Source: a virus (lineage: Duplodnaviria > Caudoviricetes). From it: 64,000 nucleotides of DNA. Numbering within the stretch: the stretch's first letter is position 1; every line of letters begins with the position of its first letter. The position numbers and the translations under genes are program-made. The stretch lies in the IMG/VR virus record IMGVR_UViG_3300044627_003892, one strand, 5' to 3'. Of the stretch, positions 19,774-29,033 are shown in pieces. Under the pieces are notes generated by a model, which had not been told where the DNA came from, searched no databases, and saw only the letters and a program-made list of their open reading frames with translations.

Positions 19774-20372
19774 AAGTAATTTGCGTAAAACGAAATAATT
19801 TTTGGTGCGTATCTTCTTAAAGCAGAATTAATGTTTTCCACTGTCACTTCTTTATTTTCATCTTCAAGTATACTGATTACTCCGTTTACCATTTCACCTT
19901 GGGTCTTATCAGCCATATCAACTAATTCATCAAACGCTTCGTTAGTATCATTATACTTGTGTTCGTGAGCCAATCTTTCTTTACCCATATAAAGATATGG
20001 TGCTGCCGCAAACATATTAACAACACCAGCTTCTCTTAATTTATTTAAATATTTTTTTATAAACAACATGTTGAAATGTTTTACTAACATCGCATGTTGT
20101 GTTAAATCTGTTGATTTATTTTCTTTAATATTTTTTTTCATTTTTCTTTCTCTCATTTCATCAAACTCAGATTCATACATCCATTTATCTTCATCCAATA
20201 AATAAAGACTTGACCCATTGTCCCATTTAACAACATACTGAACAAATCCAGGTCCTTTTTGTATTCCTTTAACAGTTCCTCTATCACCAAAAGATAATTG
20301 AGGTTCACCTAAAAGTTCAATGATAACAATTCTATCATCAGGTTTAAGTTCAGGATTTAATTTCTTACTCAT
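19770..20372 (-). CDS. Hypothetical protein
   Basis: 200 aa; SH3-like N-terminal part (DRGTVKGI...YVVKWDNGS). Confidence 0.7.
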   Translation of the reverse strand: MSKKLNPELKPDDRIVIIELLGEPQLSFGDRGTVKGIQKGPGFVQYVVKWDNGSSLYLLDEDKWMYESEFDEMRERKMKKNIKENKSTDLTQHAMLVKHFNMLFIKKYLNKLREAGVVNMFAAAPYLYMGKERLAHEHKYNDTNEAFDELVDMADKTQGEMVNGVISILEDENKEVTVENINSALRRYAPKIISFYANYF

Positions 20373-20387
20373 ATATTTATAAATATA

Positions 20388-21011
20388 ATGAAATATCTAA
20401 TTAAAGAATCTCAAAAGCAAATTATCCTTGAAGCAATAAATGATAGGATTAAAGAAGTTCAAGAAGATGGTGTTGAACTAACTAAAAAGATTGTTGAAGA
20501 CACTAAATCACATGCTTCAATAAACTTAAAGATGATGCTTACATGGGGTGCTGCAATTGGAGGGTTTATGGGTCCAATTATGCAATGGTTAAATGGACAA
20601 GTACCAGAGTTAACAGAAAAAGATTCATCATTGATTGCTGCCGGTATTGCGTCAGTAATATTCTTTCAAGAAAGAAGTTTTATCAACAAATCAATTATTA
20701 AAAAGATTAAAGAAGATGGACTTGAAGAACCATTTAAATTGGGAGCAATTAAAGCCAATCAACTTAAAACTGTTTTGGCAGGTTTTTTAAAGAGTTTGAA
20801 TTTATCAGCATTTACTGTAACAAATATGTTAAGTTACGCATTCTTGGTTCCAGTCATACCAATGATATATGATGCCGTTTCTGAAGGTGTGTGGGATATG
20901 AGAGATACTGAAATGTTAGTTAAATCATTATCGGCGTTTGGATTGATAACAATTTCAGGTAATTTCTTAAAACGACTTATGGATTTAATCGTTGATAGGA
21001 TTACTAAATAA
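20388..21011 (+). CDS. Membrane protein with MKYLIKESQ leader
   Basis: Several hydrophobic segments. Confidence 0.7.
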   Translation: MKYLIKESQKQIILEAINDRIKEVQEDGVELTKKIVEDTKSHASINLKMMLTWGAAIGGFMGPIMQWLNGQVPELTEKDSSLIAAGIASVIFFQERSFINKSIIKKIKEDGLEEPFKLGAIKANQLKTVLAGFLKSLNLSAFTVTNMLSYAFLVPVIPMIYDAVSEGVWDMRDTEMLVKSLSAFGLITISGNFLKRLMDLIVDRITK

Positions 21012-21270
21012 AATCAATTTTTAATTCTAAATCAGACGTTCCTCTGAATATTCTGTGATAAGTCCCTTCAGGGATTAATAATACTTGTCCTTCAGTTAAC
21101 TCTATTGGTAATTGATTATCCATTTGGAATTTCCATCCTTTACCCTGTACTACTTCAATCAATCTATCTTCTCTATCACGATGCCATTGTAGTTCACCAC
21201 TATCAACATCTGATTTAAAAACTCTAATCTTTGAAGTTTCTGTTAGTTTTCTATCTTTATACGGTTTCAT
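21004..21270 (-). CDS. Cupin-like small protein
   Basis: WHRDREDR...IEVVQG...LLIPEGTYHRI; start moved to 21270. Confidence 0.7.
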   Translation of the reverse strand: MKPYKDRKLTETSKIRVFKSDVDSGELQWHRDREDRLIEVVQGKGWKFQMDNQLPIELTEGQVLLIPEGTYHRIFRGTSDLELKIDFI

Positions 21271-21271
21271 A

Positions 21272-21871
21272 TTACCAAAATCCTGGATAAGTTTTACCAC
21301 CCCACAAATAACCAAAACGGTTTAAACGACATGCCCAATAACCAGCACTCAATCTATCTTTCTTTTTAGAACACTGATGTCTTGCGGCAAATGATTTACG
21401 AGCTTTAGGATTTGACACCTTAGCAGTTAAACCACCTTTAACATCGCCAAATGAAATTTTCTTAACTCTACCTGTTGATGGGTTTTTAACATAGACAACA
21501 TATTTCTTACCACCACCACTATTTCTTCTTGGTTTACCAAGTTCAACTTTCTTTCCGTTATACTCAGCTTCAGAAATAAATGATTCTTCCATCGGAGTAT
21601 CCAAGTAAACAACTCTACCACTTGATAATCTAACTTGTGTTCCAAAATCAGATTCAACAAGTTCAACATCATCCTCATTTAATTCAACCATTCCTTCATA
21701 ATATAACTCACGAGCTTCGTTAATAACATTAAAGAATTCCTCAGAACCAAATCTAAAGATATTATCATTCAATGGAATTTCATTTGTTATATGATAATTA
21801 AGGTGTTCCGAAATAAGTGGTTTTTCTACTGATTCTGTAAGAACTTTTTTGATTAGTTTTTTGATATTCAT
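21272..21871 (-). CDS. Hypothetical phage protein with basic Cys-containing C-terminus
   Basis: KKYVVYVKNP...KISFGD...RKSFAARHQC...AGYWAC. Confidence 0.7.
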   Translation of the reverse strand: MNIKKLIKKVLTESVEKPLISEHLNYHITNEIPLNDNIFRFGSEEFFNVINEARELYYEGMVELNEDDVELVESDFGTQVRLSSGRVVYLDTPMEESFISEAEYNGKKVELGKPRRNSGGGKKYVVYVKNPSTGRVKKISFGDVKGGLTAKVSNPKARKSFAARHQCSKKKDRLSAGYWACRLNRFGYLWGGKTYPGFW

Positions 21872-22071
21872 TTTTTAGTTCGTAATGAGAAATACAACCC
21901 AAAGAATAATGCTGAAATACAATAGAAAATTCCTGTGGTAATCCAATAAGAACTTGTGTAGTCTAAAATTACTTTGAACATTATGTCGAATCCTAGTGGA
22001 TTGAAAAACATTGCGAGCATAAGGCAATAAGTGGCAACATTTTCCTTTAGAATTCGTTTCATTTTCGTCAT
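21868..22071 (-). CDS. Small membrane protein
   Basis: Two hydrophobic segments. Confidence 0.6.
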   Translation of the reverse strand: MTKMKRILKENVATYCLMLAMFFNPLGFDIMFKVILDYTSSYWITTGIFYCISALFFGLYFSLRTKK

Positions 22072-22174
22072 TATCCATTAACGTGGGTTTAAAGTTTATG
22101 AACAAAGTTCATTTTATTTATAAATATTAATTTTTTTAAAAAACTTATATACTTATTGCTAAATAAATGAAATA

Positions 22175-22306
22175 ATGGCAGCTAAATCAACAGGTTCAAC
22201 GAAGTTATCATTCGGAGTTAAAAAATCAGGTAAATCATCAAAGAAATTTACATCCAATAAAAGGAGTAAGAATTACAAAAAACCTTACAAAGGACAAGGG
22301 AGATAA
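22175..22306 (+). CDS. Small basic protein (43 aa, below the track cutoff)
   Basis: MAAKSTGSTKLSFGVKKSGKSSKKFTSNKRSKNYKKPYKGQGR*. Confidence 0.65.
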   Translation: MAAKSTGSTKLSFGVKKSGKSSKKFTSNKRSKNYKKPYKGQGR

Positions 22307-22307
22307 A

Positions 22308-22625
22308 ATGAAAGAATACATTAAAAAACAAATTGGGAACATTAAACAGTTTTCATTCGCCGAGATGACTTCCAATAGTTCAGGAAAAACATCAGGAAGT
22401 GGAACTGCGGGTCTTTATATTGTTTTTATCGGAGGTTTGACATTCCTTATGGGTTGTATTGATAAAATGTTTTTAAACAAGGATATTGACGTTATAACAC
22501 AATCAATAATTCTTGTTGGAATCGGAGCAACTCTTTTAGGATATAGAAAATCAAAAGATAATTCTGAAGAACCTAAGGTAGAAGAAGTAACAGAAACTAC
22601 TGAAGAAAGTGAAACTATAAACTAG
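22308..22625 (+). CDS. Two-TM membrane protein (holin-like topology)
   Basis: Two TM helices and a charged C-terminal tail. Confidence 0.55.
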   Translation: MKEYIKKQIGNIKQFSFAEMTSNSSGKTSGSGTAGLYIVFIGGLTFLMGCIDKMFLNKDIDVITQSIILVGIGATLLGYRKSKDNSEEPKVEEVTETTEESETIN

Positions 22626-23218
22626 TTCCACCAACTTTCAATATTTTCACTCAAGATTTTGAAAAGTAATTTCCTTGCTCTTTCGTGATTGTATCTTCCA
22701 ATATTCAAGGCAATTCTTGATTTAACTTCGTATGAAGTTAAGTCCTCGTTGTCGATTTTAAAAATATGATATTTTTTATCAGTAACAATTTTCTTGTAAA
22801 CCAATGGATATTTTTTGAAAAAATCATTTAAGTTTTCTTTTTTCAAAAGTGTCTCCATATAATAACCACCCAATACATCTTCAATATCATCACCTGTTGG
22901 AACAAAGAAAAAATCTTTATCCTCGTAGTCCATATATTCCATTATATAAAACTCTTCCTGAACTTTTTCCATCAGTTTAACACACAACATCATCCTTTTA
23001 GCGTCAAGTTCTGAATTGACGTGAAATCCTTTTTCTTTAATGTACTTAGACTGTTTTTCTAACTTAAATTTGAATACCTCAAAAATATAATGGTCGTCCC
23101 AATCACGGTCTTTCCAAATCACAGGAAACCACTTAATTAAATTACCGACAGATGTAGAAAAGTTTCTAACGGGATTTTTAAAATATTTCCAAATAAAATC
23201 ACTTAGTTTTTCTTTCAT
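22622..23218 (-). CDS. Hypothetical protein
   Basis: 198-aa ORF. Confidence 0.7.
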   Translation of the reverse strand: MKEKLSDFIWKYFKNPVRNFSTSVGNLIKWFPVIWKDRDWDDHYIFEVFKFKLEKQSKYIKEKGFHVNSELDAKRMMLCVKLMEKVQEEFYIMEYMDYEDKDFFFVPTGDDIEDVLGGYYMETLLKKENLNDFFKKYPLVYKKIVTDKKYHIFKIDNEDLTSYEVKSRIALNIGRYNHERARKLLFKILSENIESWWN

Positions 23219-23421
23219 AATTCAAGAATTGTTTTCTTACTGATTAAACTTTTATTTAAAAAGACAATACTACAATCAAAGTCCAAAGAATATTTTATTA
23301 ATTCTTCAGAATCTTGATACTTTTTAACATAAAAATCAATCAGATTTTCGGCAGATTGAATTTGTCCAAAGTGGGTAATCGAACCAATTACCTTACGTAT
23401 CCATTGAAAGTCCCTATCCAT
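23215..23421 (-). CDS. Hypothetical protein
   Basis: Start moved to 23421; TATATTTG promoter on the minus strand at 23426-33. Confidence 0.6.
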   Translation of the reverse strand: MDRDFQWIRKVIGSITHFGQIQSAENLIDFYVKKYQDSEELIKYSLDFDCSIVFLNKSLISKKTILEL

Positions 23422-23444
23422 AGGACAAATATACATAATCTTTT

Positions 23445-23828
23445 TTAATTATACAACAACTCAGTTAATTGCGGATTACTTTTTTCGTACATACGTATCA
23501 TAATTCCAGCTTCAGAGTTTGAGAAGTTTTCTTGAGATGTGGTATTATACCCTCTCAACTTGATATTTCTTTGACGAGCAAACTCGTGAACCCATTCGTG
23601 AGCAACAGTTCTTAAAATGTCAATTAACATTCTTCCACCAGCAAGAACTTTAATTTTACCAGGAATTTCACCACCTGTAGTCATTCCTCCAAAACGTTCG
23701 CCAAGAAGATGAATGTCAATGTCTGTCTTAAGTGGAGAGTTTTTTTGACAAAATCTCAAGAAGTCCTGAATAACATTTATTTGTTCAGAACCAAGTCCAC
23801 TAGATTTATCATATAAATTTACTTTCAT
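23445..23828 (-). CDS. HExxH-motif protein (possible zincin)
   Basis: RTVAHEWVHE. Confidence 0.55.
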   Translation of the reverse strand: MKVNLYDKSSGLGSEQINVIQDFLRFCQKNSPLKTDIDIHLLGERFGGMTTGGEIPGKIKVLAGGRMLIDILRTVAHEWVHEFARQRNIKLRGYNTTSQENFSNSEAGIMIRMYEKSNPQLTELLYN

Positions 23829-23869
23829 CTTAACAATAAATATCTTATATTTCTTTTGTATATATAATT

Positions 23870-24139
23870 ATGAAAAAGAGTTTTTTTGAAAAAGTCTTAA
23901 ATAAAACAAATAAACAAGACATCGACCAATGGTTTGGTGAAAATTCCGAAATCAAAGTTACGGAATTTTCTCATTCAATTAGTCAGAAAAAAAATATTTT
24001 ATCAGTTAAATTATACCCATCAAATTATGAATATGCTATCGAACTTTTTCCGGAAGGCCTGGAAATTCTTGTCTTACATACTATCAAAAGTCTTTCACTT
24101 CCTGAGGATTATATATTAACAACATCTATAGAACACTAA
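23870..24139 (+). CDS. Hypothetical protein
   Basis: 89-aa ORF. Confidence 0.6.
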   Translation: MKKSFFEKVLNKTNKQDIDQWFGENSEIKVTEFSHSISQKKNILSVKLYPSNYEYAIELFPEGLEILVLHTIKSLSLPEDYILTTSIEH

Positions 24140-24142
24140 ATT

Positions 24143-24496
24143 ATGGCGCATCCAATAATCCATGCAAAATCATCCGTTAAAAAATTCGGAGGGAAATGGG
24201 AAGATTATATCCATTTACACGAATGGTTAGATGAAACAAAAGGTTGGTACGGACATTCATCACACAGAATGTTTCGACACCACTCTGAGGGTATATTTGA
24301 AATGGAACAACGTTTTGGTGCTGAATTTAAAAATAGTGATGGGAAAACTGTATACACCCGTTATGTTGGTGAACAACATGTAATGGAAGATTGTAACGGA
24401 TATATCCCATCGGCAAAAGAATGGGTGTTAGCATTAGAAAATAAACAAAGACCTTTATGGATGATTAAAACCATGAAGTTAGAAATTGATGATTGA
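24143..24496 (+). CDS. DUF6915-like protein
   Basis: MAHPIIHAKSSVKKFGG..EDY..LHEWLDETK...RHHSEGI...VGEQHV.ED; family name recalled, not searched. Confidence 0.65.
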   Translation: MAHPIIHAKSSVKKFGGKWEDYIHLHEWLDETKGWYGHSSHRMFRHHSEGIFEMEQRFGAEFKNSDGKTVYTRYVGEQHVMEDCNGYIPSAKEWVLALENKQRPLWMIKTMKLEIDD

Positions 24497-24507
24497 TATT
24501 TATTATT

Positions 24508-25206
24508 ATGAAAGAATTATTAAATAACCCTGAAACTATAAAAAATTTTAAACTTTTACATTATATCCTATTAAGTAATGGTCTTACTCGTGTCAGTAAT
24601 GACTTTTATGTTGATTACGACGGGAATGTTGATTATCACTTCTCACCTTGGACTAATAAAGGTGGAGCTTATGATATTATACCTAATAAATTATTTGATT
24701 TTTTAGATAATTTTTTTGACACTATTAAAGATGAAGTTTTAGATTCATTAGAAGGTGATGGTGATTCTAGAGCAACGGTGTCATGTGAGTATTCAACAAC
24801 AGACAAAACTTTAATAATTGAAGAAAATATTCAAACTATGGGTTATGAATCATATTACCAAGAGTTTGAAATTGACGAAAAGGAATTACTTGAAGATATG
24901 GTTCAGTGGAAAGAAGATGGTAAACTTAAAATTAGTGTTAATTTTAGCGGTGATGGTGATTCAGGTTATATTGATGACGTTGGTCTAATCAATGATAGTG
25001 ATGACAAACATTATGAATTTACAGCGGTTTGGGAAAATAAGTTATACAACATTTTGGAACAAAATCATGGTGGATGGGAAATAAATGAAGGCTCTGAGGG
25101 AACATTTATAATTAACAATGAAAACCAAACTATAGAACTAGATTTTCGTATGAATGTTGAAGAATCCTCAACAGGTTACGAATTTAAACACCAATTTGAG
25201 TTTTAA
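24508..25206 (+). CDS. Acidic protein with duplicated GDGDS motif (DUF6878-like)
   Basis: EGDGDSRATV and FSGDGDSGYID; directly follows the DUF6915-like gene. Confidence 0.55.
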   Translation: MKELLNNPETIKNFKLLHYILLSNGLTRVSNDFYVDYDGNVDYHFSPWTNKGGAYDIIPNKLFDFLDNFFDTIKDEVLDSLEGDGDSRATVSCEYSTTDKTLIIEENIQTMGYESYYQEFEIDEKELLEDMVQWKEDGKLKISVNFSGDGDSGYIDDVGLINDSDDKHYEFTAVWENKLYNILEQNHGGWEINEGSEGTFIINNENQTIELDFRMNVEESSTGYEFKHQFEF

Positions 25207-25520
25207 TAAACCTGAATAGTTCTTTGTGGTCTGTCGTCACCAAAGTCAGGACAGAAATAGGTATTATTACCATCGTGGTAAATTGTTCCACCAACTCCAT
25301 TAGGAATTTTGTGTTTTTCATGGAATTTTTCATCCAAATCTATTTGGTAATTCCCATCATGAATTAAAAAACATAAATTTTCATAACCACACTTATATTG
25401 TTGGTCTTTGTTTTTATGTCTCATAAATTCGTCAAAAGACATTACATATCTCGCATCTTCGTTAATGTGTCTTTTAACGATGTATTCTAATTGACTTTCT
25501 GTAATAATAAACTTTTTCAT
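25203..25520 (-). CDS. Hypothetical protein with MKKFIITESQL leader
   Basis: 105 aa. Confidence 0.7.
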   Translation of the reverse strand: MKKFIITESQLEYIVKRHINEDARYVMSFDEFMRHKNKDQQYKCGYENLCFLIHDGNYQIDLDEKFHEKHKIPNGVGGTIYHDGNNTYFCPDFGDDRPQRTIQVY

Positions 25521-25534
25521 ATCTTATAAATATA

Positions 25535-27196
25535 TCAAACAATTGGTTTATAAAATTTATGATTTCCGATTGTTGTAGTGTATTTTAATTTGGAATAATC
25601 CCAACTTGGTTTAATTGACGTTGTATGGTAAAATTCAGCACCTTTTGTATTATCAGTACCTTTCTTTTTAATATAATTTTTAACAAGGTTTTGAGCGGTT
25701 TCCCAAGCGGAACCATCCTTAGGGTTTTTTAAAATAGATTTATTTATCTTATTTAAAAAATTATCAGTAGTTGTATCATTCCAAATTGAAAATTGTTTTT
25801 TTTGTAAAACAACATCTTTTGGCGATTTTTTTAGACTATCTGCTCTATTTCTAATAACATTTGCAACTGCTTTCATTCCTTCAGAACCTTCTCCTCTAGC
25901 CTCCCCCCATATGGTTGCGGCAACAATTAAATCATCTTTAGTTAAATTGTCTTTTTCTATTGGTTTTATTGTTTTTACCATTTTCTTAGCGCCGTCAATA
26001 ACACCTTCTTTTGATTTATCACTAGCACCCGTCAACTTGTTAACGTCATCCCAAAAAGTATCTGAGTTTTGATTTTGTTTTATACCCATAATTTTATTCA
26101 CATCATCAAAAACTGATTGTTCGTTAACATTTGGTTTTAAAACCGTCATTGCTTCAGGAAAATCTTTATTTAAAACATCTTCGTCTTTATTATCGTAAGG
26201 AATATTTTGTAAAACGTATCTAATTGAATTTAAACCTGAAATTTTCTTATCATTAGAATCTAAAACAACCCAAGGGTGGTTAACTGTTGATGTCTTATCA
26301 AAAAGTTTTTGTTTATACTCTGTGAACTTTTCCCATACATCTTGCATCTTTTCATCATTCTCAGAATACTTCCAATATTTCAATGGTGACTTTTGTCTGA
26401 AATCAAATCTTTTAGCCTGAGTTTCTTTATCTATTGAGAACCAAAGTTTAAATAGATAATCACCATCAACAACCAATGATTCTTCAAAGTCCTGAACATT
26501 ATCCATAAAGTCCTCATACTCTTCTGAAGAACCGTAACCCATTACAGGTTCAACTAAACCTCTATTATACCAACTTCTATCAAAGAAGTTTATCTTACCT
26601 TTCTCAATTTGATTTCTGTATCTATCCCACCAGTTTTTTCTTTCGTCAGGTGTCGGAATGCCAAGAGCAATAACTTTATAATATCTTGGATTTAAGTTTT
26701 CAGTAAACTTTTTAATTGTTGAACCTTTACCTGCTGAATCTCTCCCTTCAAAAACAATAATAACAGTTTTACCTGTTTGTTTTAACCATTCTTGTAATTT
26801 TAAAAGTTCAACCTGTAAGAAAAATATTTCTTTCTTGTAAATGTCTTTATCTAAAATTGACGGTTCCTCTTCGGGACTAACAACTTCTTTTTTAGTTTTT
26901 CTTTTTTCTAATGACTTAGTTAGTTGTTTAAAAAATTCAAAAACATTAATATCCTTATTACCTTTTAATTTCAAAGTTTTTAAAATACCTCTTGTAAGTA
27001 ATCCAAAATCAACTAACCCTTCTTTTGAATATTCTTCAATCTTATTAATAAATTTTTGAATTTGAGCACTATATACTTTGTTGTCTTTTAAAATTGCAAC
27101 GAGAGATTTAACCTCAGGGCTATACTTTGGTTTGTCAGCTTCTGTCAAACCCATATTATTTTTTATCTTACTAACTTCAGTTAATAAATTCCTCAT
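25535..27196 (-). CDS. ppk2: Polyphosphate kinase 2 fused to a C-terminal SleB/CwlJ-like cell-wall hydrolase
   Basis: FEGRDSAGKG Walker A, FFDRSWYNR, PWVVLDSNDKK; C-terminal IWGEARGE...AVANVIRNR...KQFS...FYH...IGNHKFY. Confidence 0.88.
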   Translation of the reverse strand: MRNLLTEVSKIKNNMGLTEADKPKYSPEVKSLVAILKDNKVYSAQIQKFINKIEEYSKEGLVDFGLLTRGILKTLKLKGNKDINVFEFFKQLTKSLEKRKTKKEVVSPEEEPSILDKDIYKKEIFFLQVELLKLQEWLKQTGKTVIIVFEGRDSAGKGSTIKKFTENLNPRYYKVIALGIPTPDERKNWWDRYRNQIEKGKINFFDRSWYNRGLVEPVMGYGSSEEYEDFMDNVQDFEESLVVDGDYLFKLWFSIDKETQAKRFDFRQKSPLKYWKYSENDEKMQDVWEKFTEYKQKLFDKTSTVNHPWVVLDSNDKKISGLNSIRYVLQNIPYDNKDEDVLNKDFPEAMTVLKPNVNEQSVFDDVNKIMGIKQNQNSDTFWDDVNKLTGASDKSKEGVIDGAKKMVKTIKPIEKDNLTKDDLIVAATIWGEARGEGSEGMKAVANVIRNRADSLKKSPKDVVLQKKQFSIWNDTTTDNFLNKINKSILKNPKDGSAWETAQNLVKNYIKKKGTDNTKGAEFYHTTSIKPSWDYSKLKYTTTIGNHKFYKPIV

Positions 27197-27244
27197 ACTG
27201 ATAAATACTTTTTAATAAGTATTTTGTAAATTAATATAAACCAC

Positions 27245-27272
27245 AAATCCCCTCATTAGAGGGGATTTTTTT
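27245..27272 (-). terminator. Intrinsic terminator
   Basis: AAATCCCCTC-ATTA-GAGGGGATTT. Confidence 0.75.
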
Positions 27273-27435
27273 ATTCTTTAATCTCTTTCATCAACTTACC
27301 CCACAAGACTGTCTGTAATAGGATAAGACCAACACTTAAAACAAATACAGGTAATGATGGTGAGTTAATCATTAATACAACTGATAATACAAGAGCGAAC
27401 ATTGCTGAAGTCAATTTTAGTTTTAAGTTTTTCAT
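27271..27435 (-). CDS. Small two-TM membrane protein
   Basis: Start moved to 27435 (MKNLKLKL); TATATTTG promoter at 27461-68 on the minus strand. Confidence 0.6.
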   Translation of the reverse strand: MKNLKLKLTSAMFALVLSVVLMINSPSLPVFVLSVGLILLQTVLWGKLMKEIKE

Positions 27436-27471
27436 AGTGATGTTGGTGTTAATTGTTCTACAAATATAAAC

Positions 27472-27497
27472 AAAAAAACTCCCGATTGGGAGTTTTT
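27472..27497 (-). terminator. Intrinsic terminator
   Basis: AAAAAACTCCC-GATT-GGGAGTTTTT. Confidence 0.75.
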
Positions 27498-27514
27498 CAT
27501 TATTTTTTTTAAAA

Positions 27515-27949
27515 TTAACGTCTTCTAATGTGTCTTCTGATACTCTCAGCCATTGGGTCTCTTGGTTCTTCATCTTGCATGTCACCCATAGGAGTTTCCA
27601 TACCTGTAAAATTTTCATCAGAATCATAAGAATTATATTCTTCTTCATCTGAATTCATTTGATTACTTTCGTAATCTTGGATGATAGACTTAAGTTCCAT
27701 TGCCTCTTGTTCTTTTCCTTCAGTATTTCTTAATTGACTATAAAAATCTTTAATATAGTCCCATCCTGCAATACCTAAAAGTGCAATAGTTGTTCCAACC
27801 ATTGTTGCAATTGCTCCACCAGTACTCATGGCTTCAGGATTAAAGAAGTTTTCAACATCTTCATTAACTCTATTTCTTTTAGTTTCTTTAACTACTGTTT
27901 TAATTAATCTAGTTAATTCTGATTCTGATAATCTTACAACTTTTTTCAT
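27515..27949 (-). CDS. Hypothetical protein with MKKVVRLSESEL leader and one TM helix
   Basis: 144 aa. Confidence 0.7.
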   Translation of the reverse strand: MKKVVRLSESELTRLIKTVVKETKRNRVNEDVENFFNPEAMSTGGAIATMVGTTIALLGIAGWDYIKDFYSQLRNTEGKEQEAMELKSIIQDYESNQMNSDEEEYNSYDSDENFTGMETPMGDMQDEEPRDPMAESIRRHIRRR

Positions 27950-27983
27950 TTTTTTTTGTTTTATTATAAATATACATTAATTT

Positions 27984-29033
27984 TTATTTTTCCCAATATT
28001 TTGTACCACAAAGTCCTAACCATCTTTGCATCACATCATATAATTCTTCAGATTCATATACCATCCCTAATTTTATACCCTTAGGTAGTTTTGCGGTTTC
28101 CACTGGTTCAGGTTCTTTAGTTAATGTAACAACAACAGGACCTGTAGGCTTTGATATTAATGGAACACTACTTTTTAAATATCCATTTAACTTAACTATT
28201 AATTTTGTAGAATCAGAAATATATAACGGATTAAAATCTAAAAGGATTTCATAACCACCTATTTCAGTTAAATTTTTATTTATATCAACTTTACTATTAA
28301 TTGCTGTGTCATCATCAACAATAATCCTTATATTATCTAAAACATCGTCAGTAATTTCTATTAGTTCTTTAGTTTGGGAATCTTTTAATTGTAACTTAAC
28401 TTGAATATAATTTTCAAATTTAATAGTTTTAAAAATTTTATCTATTTCTATTGTTTCCCCTTCTTTTTTTTCTAAATTAAAAACTTTTCGTGAAATTTCA
28501 TTACCAACATTAACTAATGTTTTATACGTATCATAATCAAATTTAAAAATTCCATTATCATCAGTATAAACTTCTTTTGAGCTATCATCTTTTTTGTTTG
28601 TAAGAATAACTTTTAAATTACCTATTGGTTTTTTTGATTTTGAATCAATAACCTGTATTTTTGCCATTTTTGTGGCGGTAATTGCAACAGTGTTCAATTC
28701 ACTACCTTGTTTTAAAATAACTTCAACAGATGTTTTTGAATTATCAATAGTAACTGTTTGTGTTTCGAAACCTACAAAGGCAATTGTTATTTTATCTCCA
28801 CTAAAATTTTTTAATACAACATTACCATTTGTATCAGTTGCTCCGTTTACTTTATTAGCGTTATCAGGGTCGTAAACCGTTGCACCAACAATTAATTCTC
28901 CTTTATTATCCTTTACAGTTACAGTTAAATTTCTAGGAGTCGACTCGTTTAAAAAAATCCTTTTATTAATTTTTGAATTTAATTCTAAAATCCTATTAGT
29001 TTCTTCAGATAGTAATTCAAATTTTGTCTTCAT
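27984..29033 (-). CDS. Protein with CarboxypepD_reg-like (SusC N-terminal extension-type) beta-sandwich repeats
   Basis: VTVKDNKGELIVGATV...ATDTNGNVVL...ITIAFVGFETQTV...VILKQGSELNTVAITA. Confidence 0.7.
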   Translation of the reverse strand: MKTKFELLSEETNRILELNSKINKRIFLNESTPRNLTVTVKDNKGELIVGATVYDPDNANKVNGATDTNGNVVLKNFSGDKITIAFVGFETQTVTIDNSKTSVEVILKQGSELNTVAITATKMAKIQVIDSKSKKPIGNLKVILTNKKDDSSKEVYTDDNGIFKFDYDTYKTLVNVGNEISRKVFNLEKKEGETIEIDKIFKTIKFENYIQVKLQLKDSQTKELIEITDDVLDNIRIIVDDDTAINSKVDINKNLTEIGGYEILLDFNPLYISDSTKLIVKLNGYLKSSVPLISKPTGPVVVTLTKEPEPVETAKLPKGIKLGMVYESEELYDVMQRWLGLCGTKYWEK

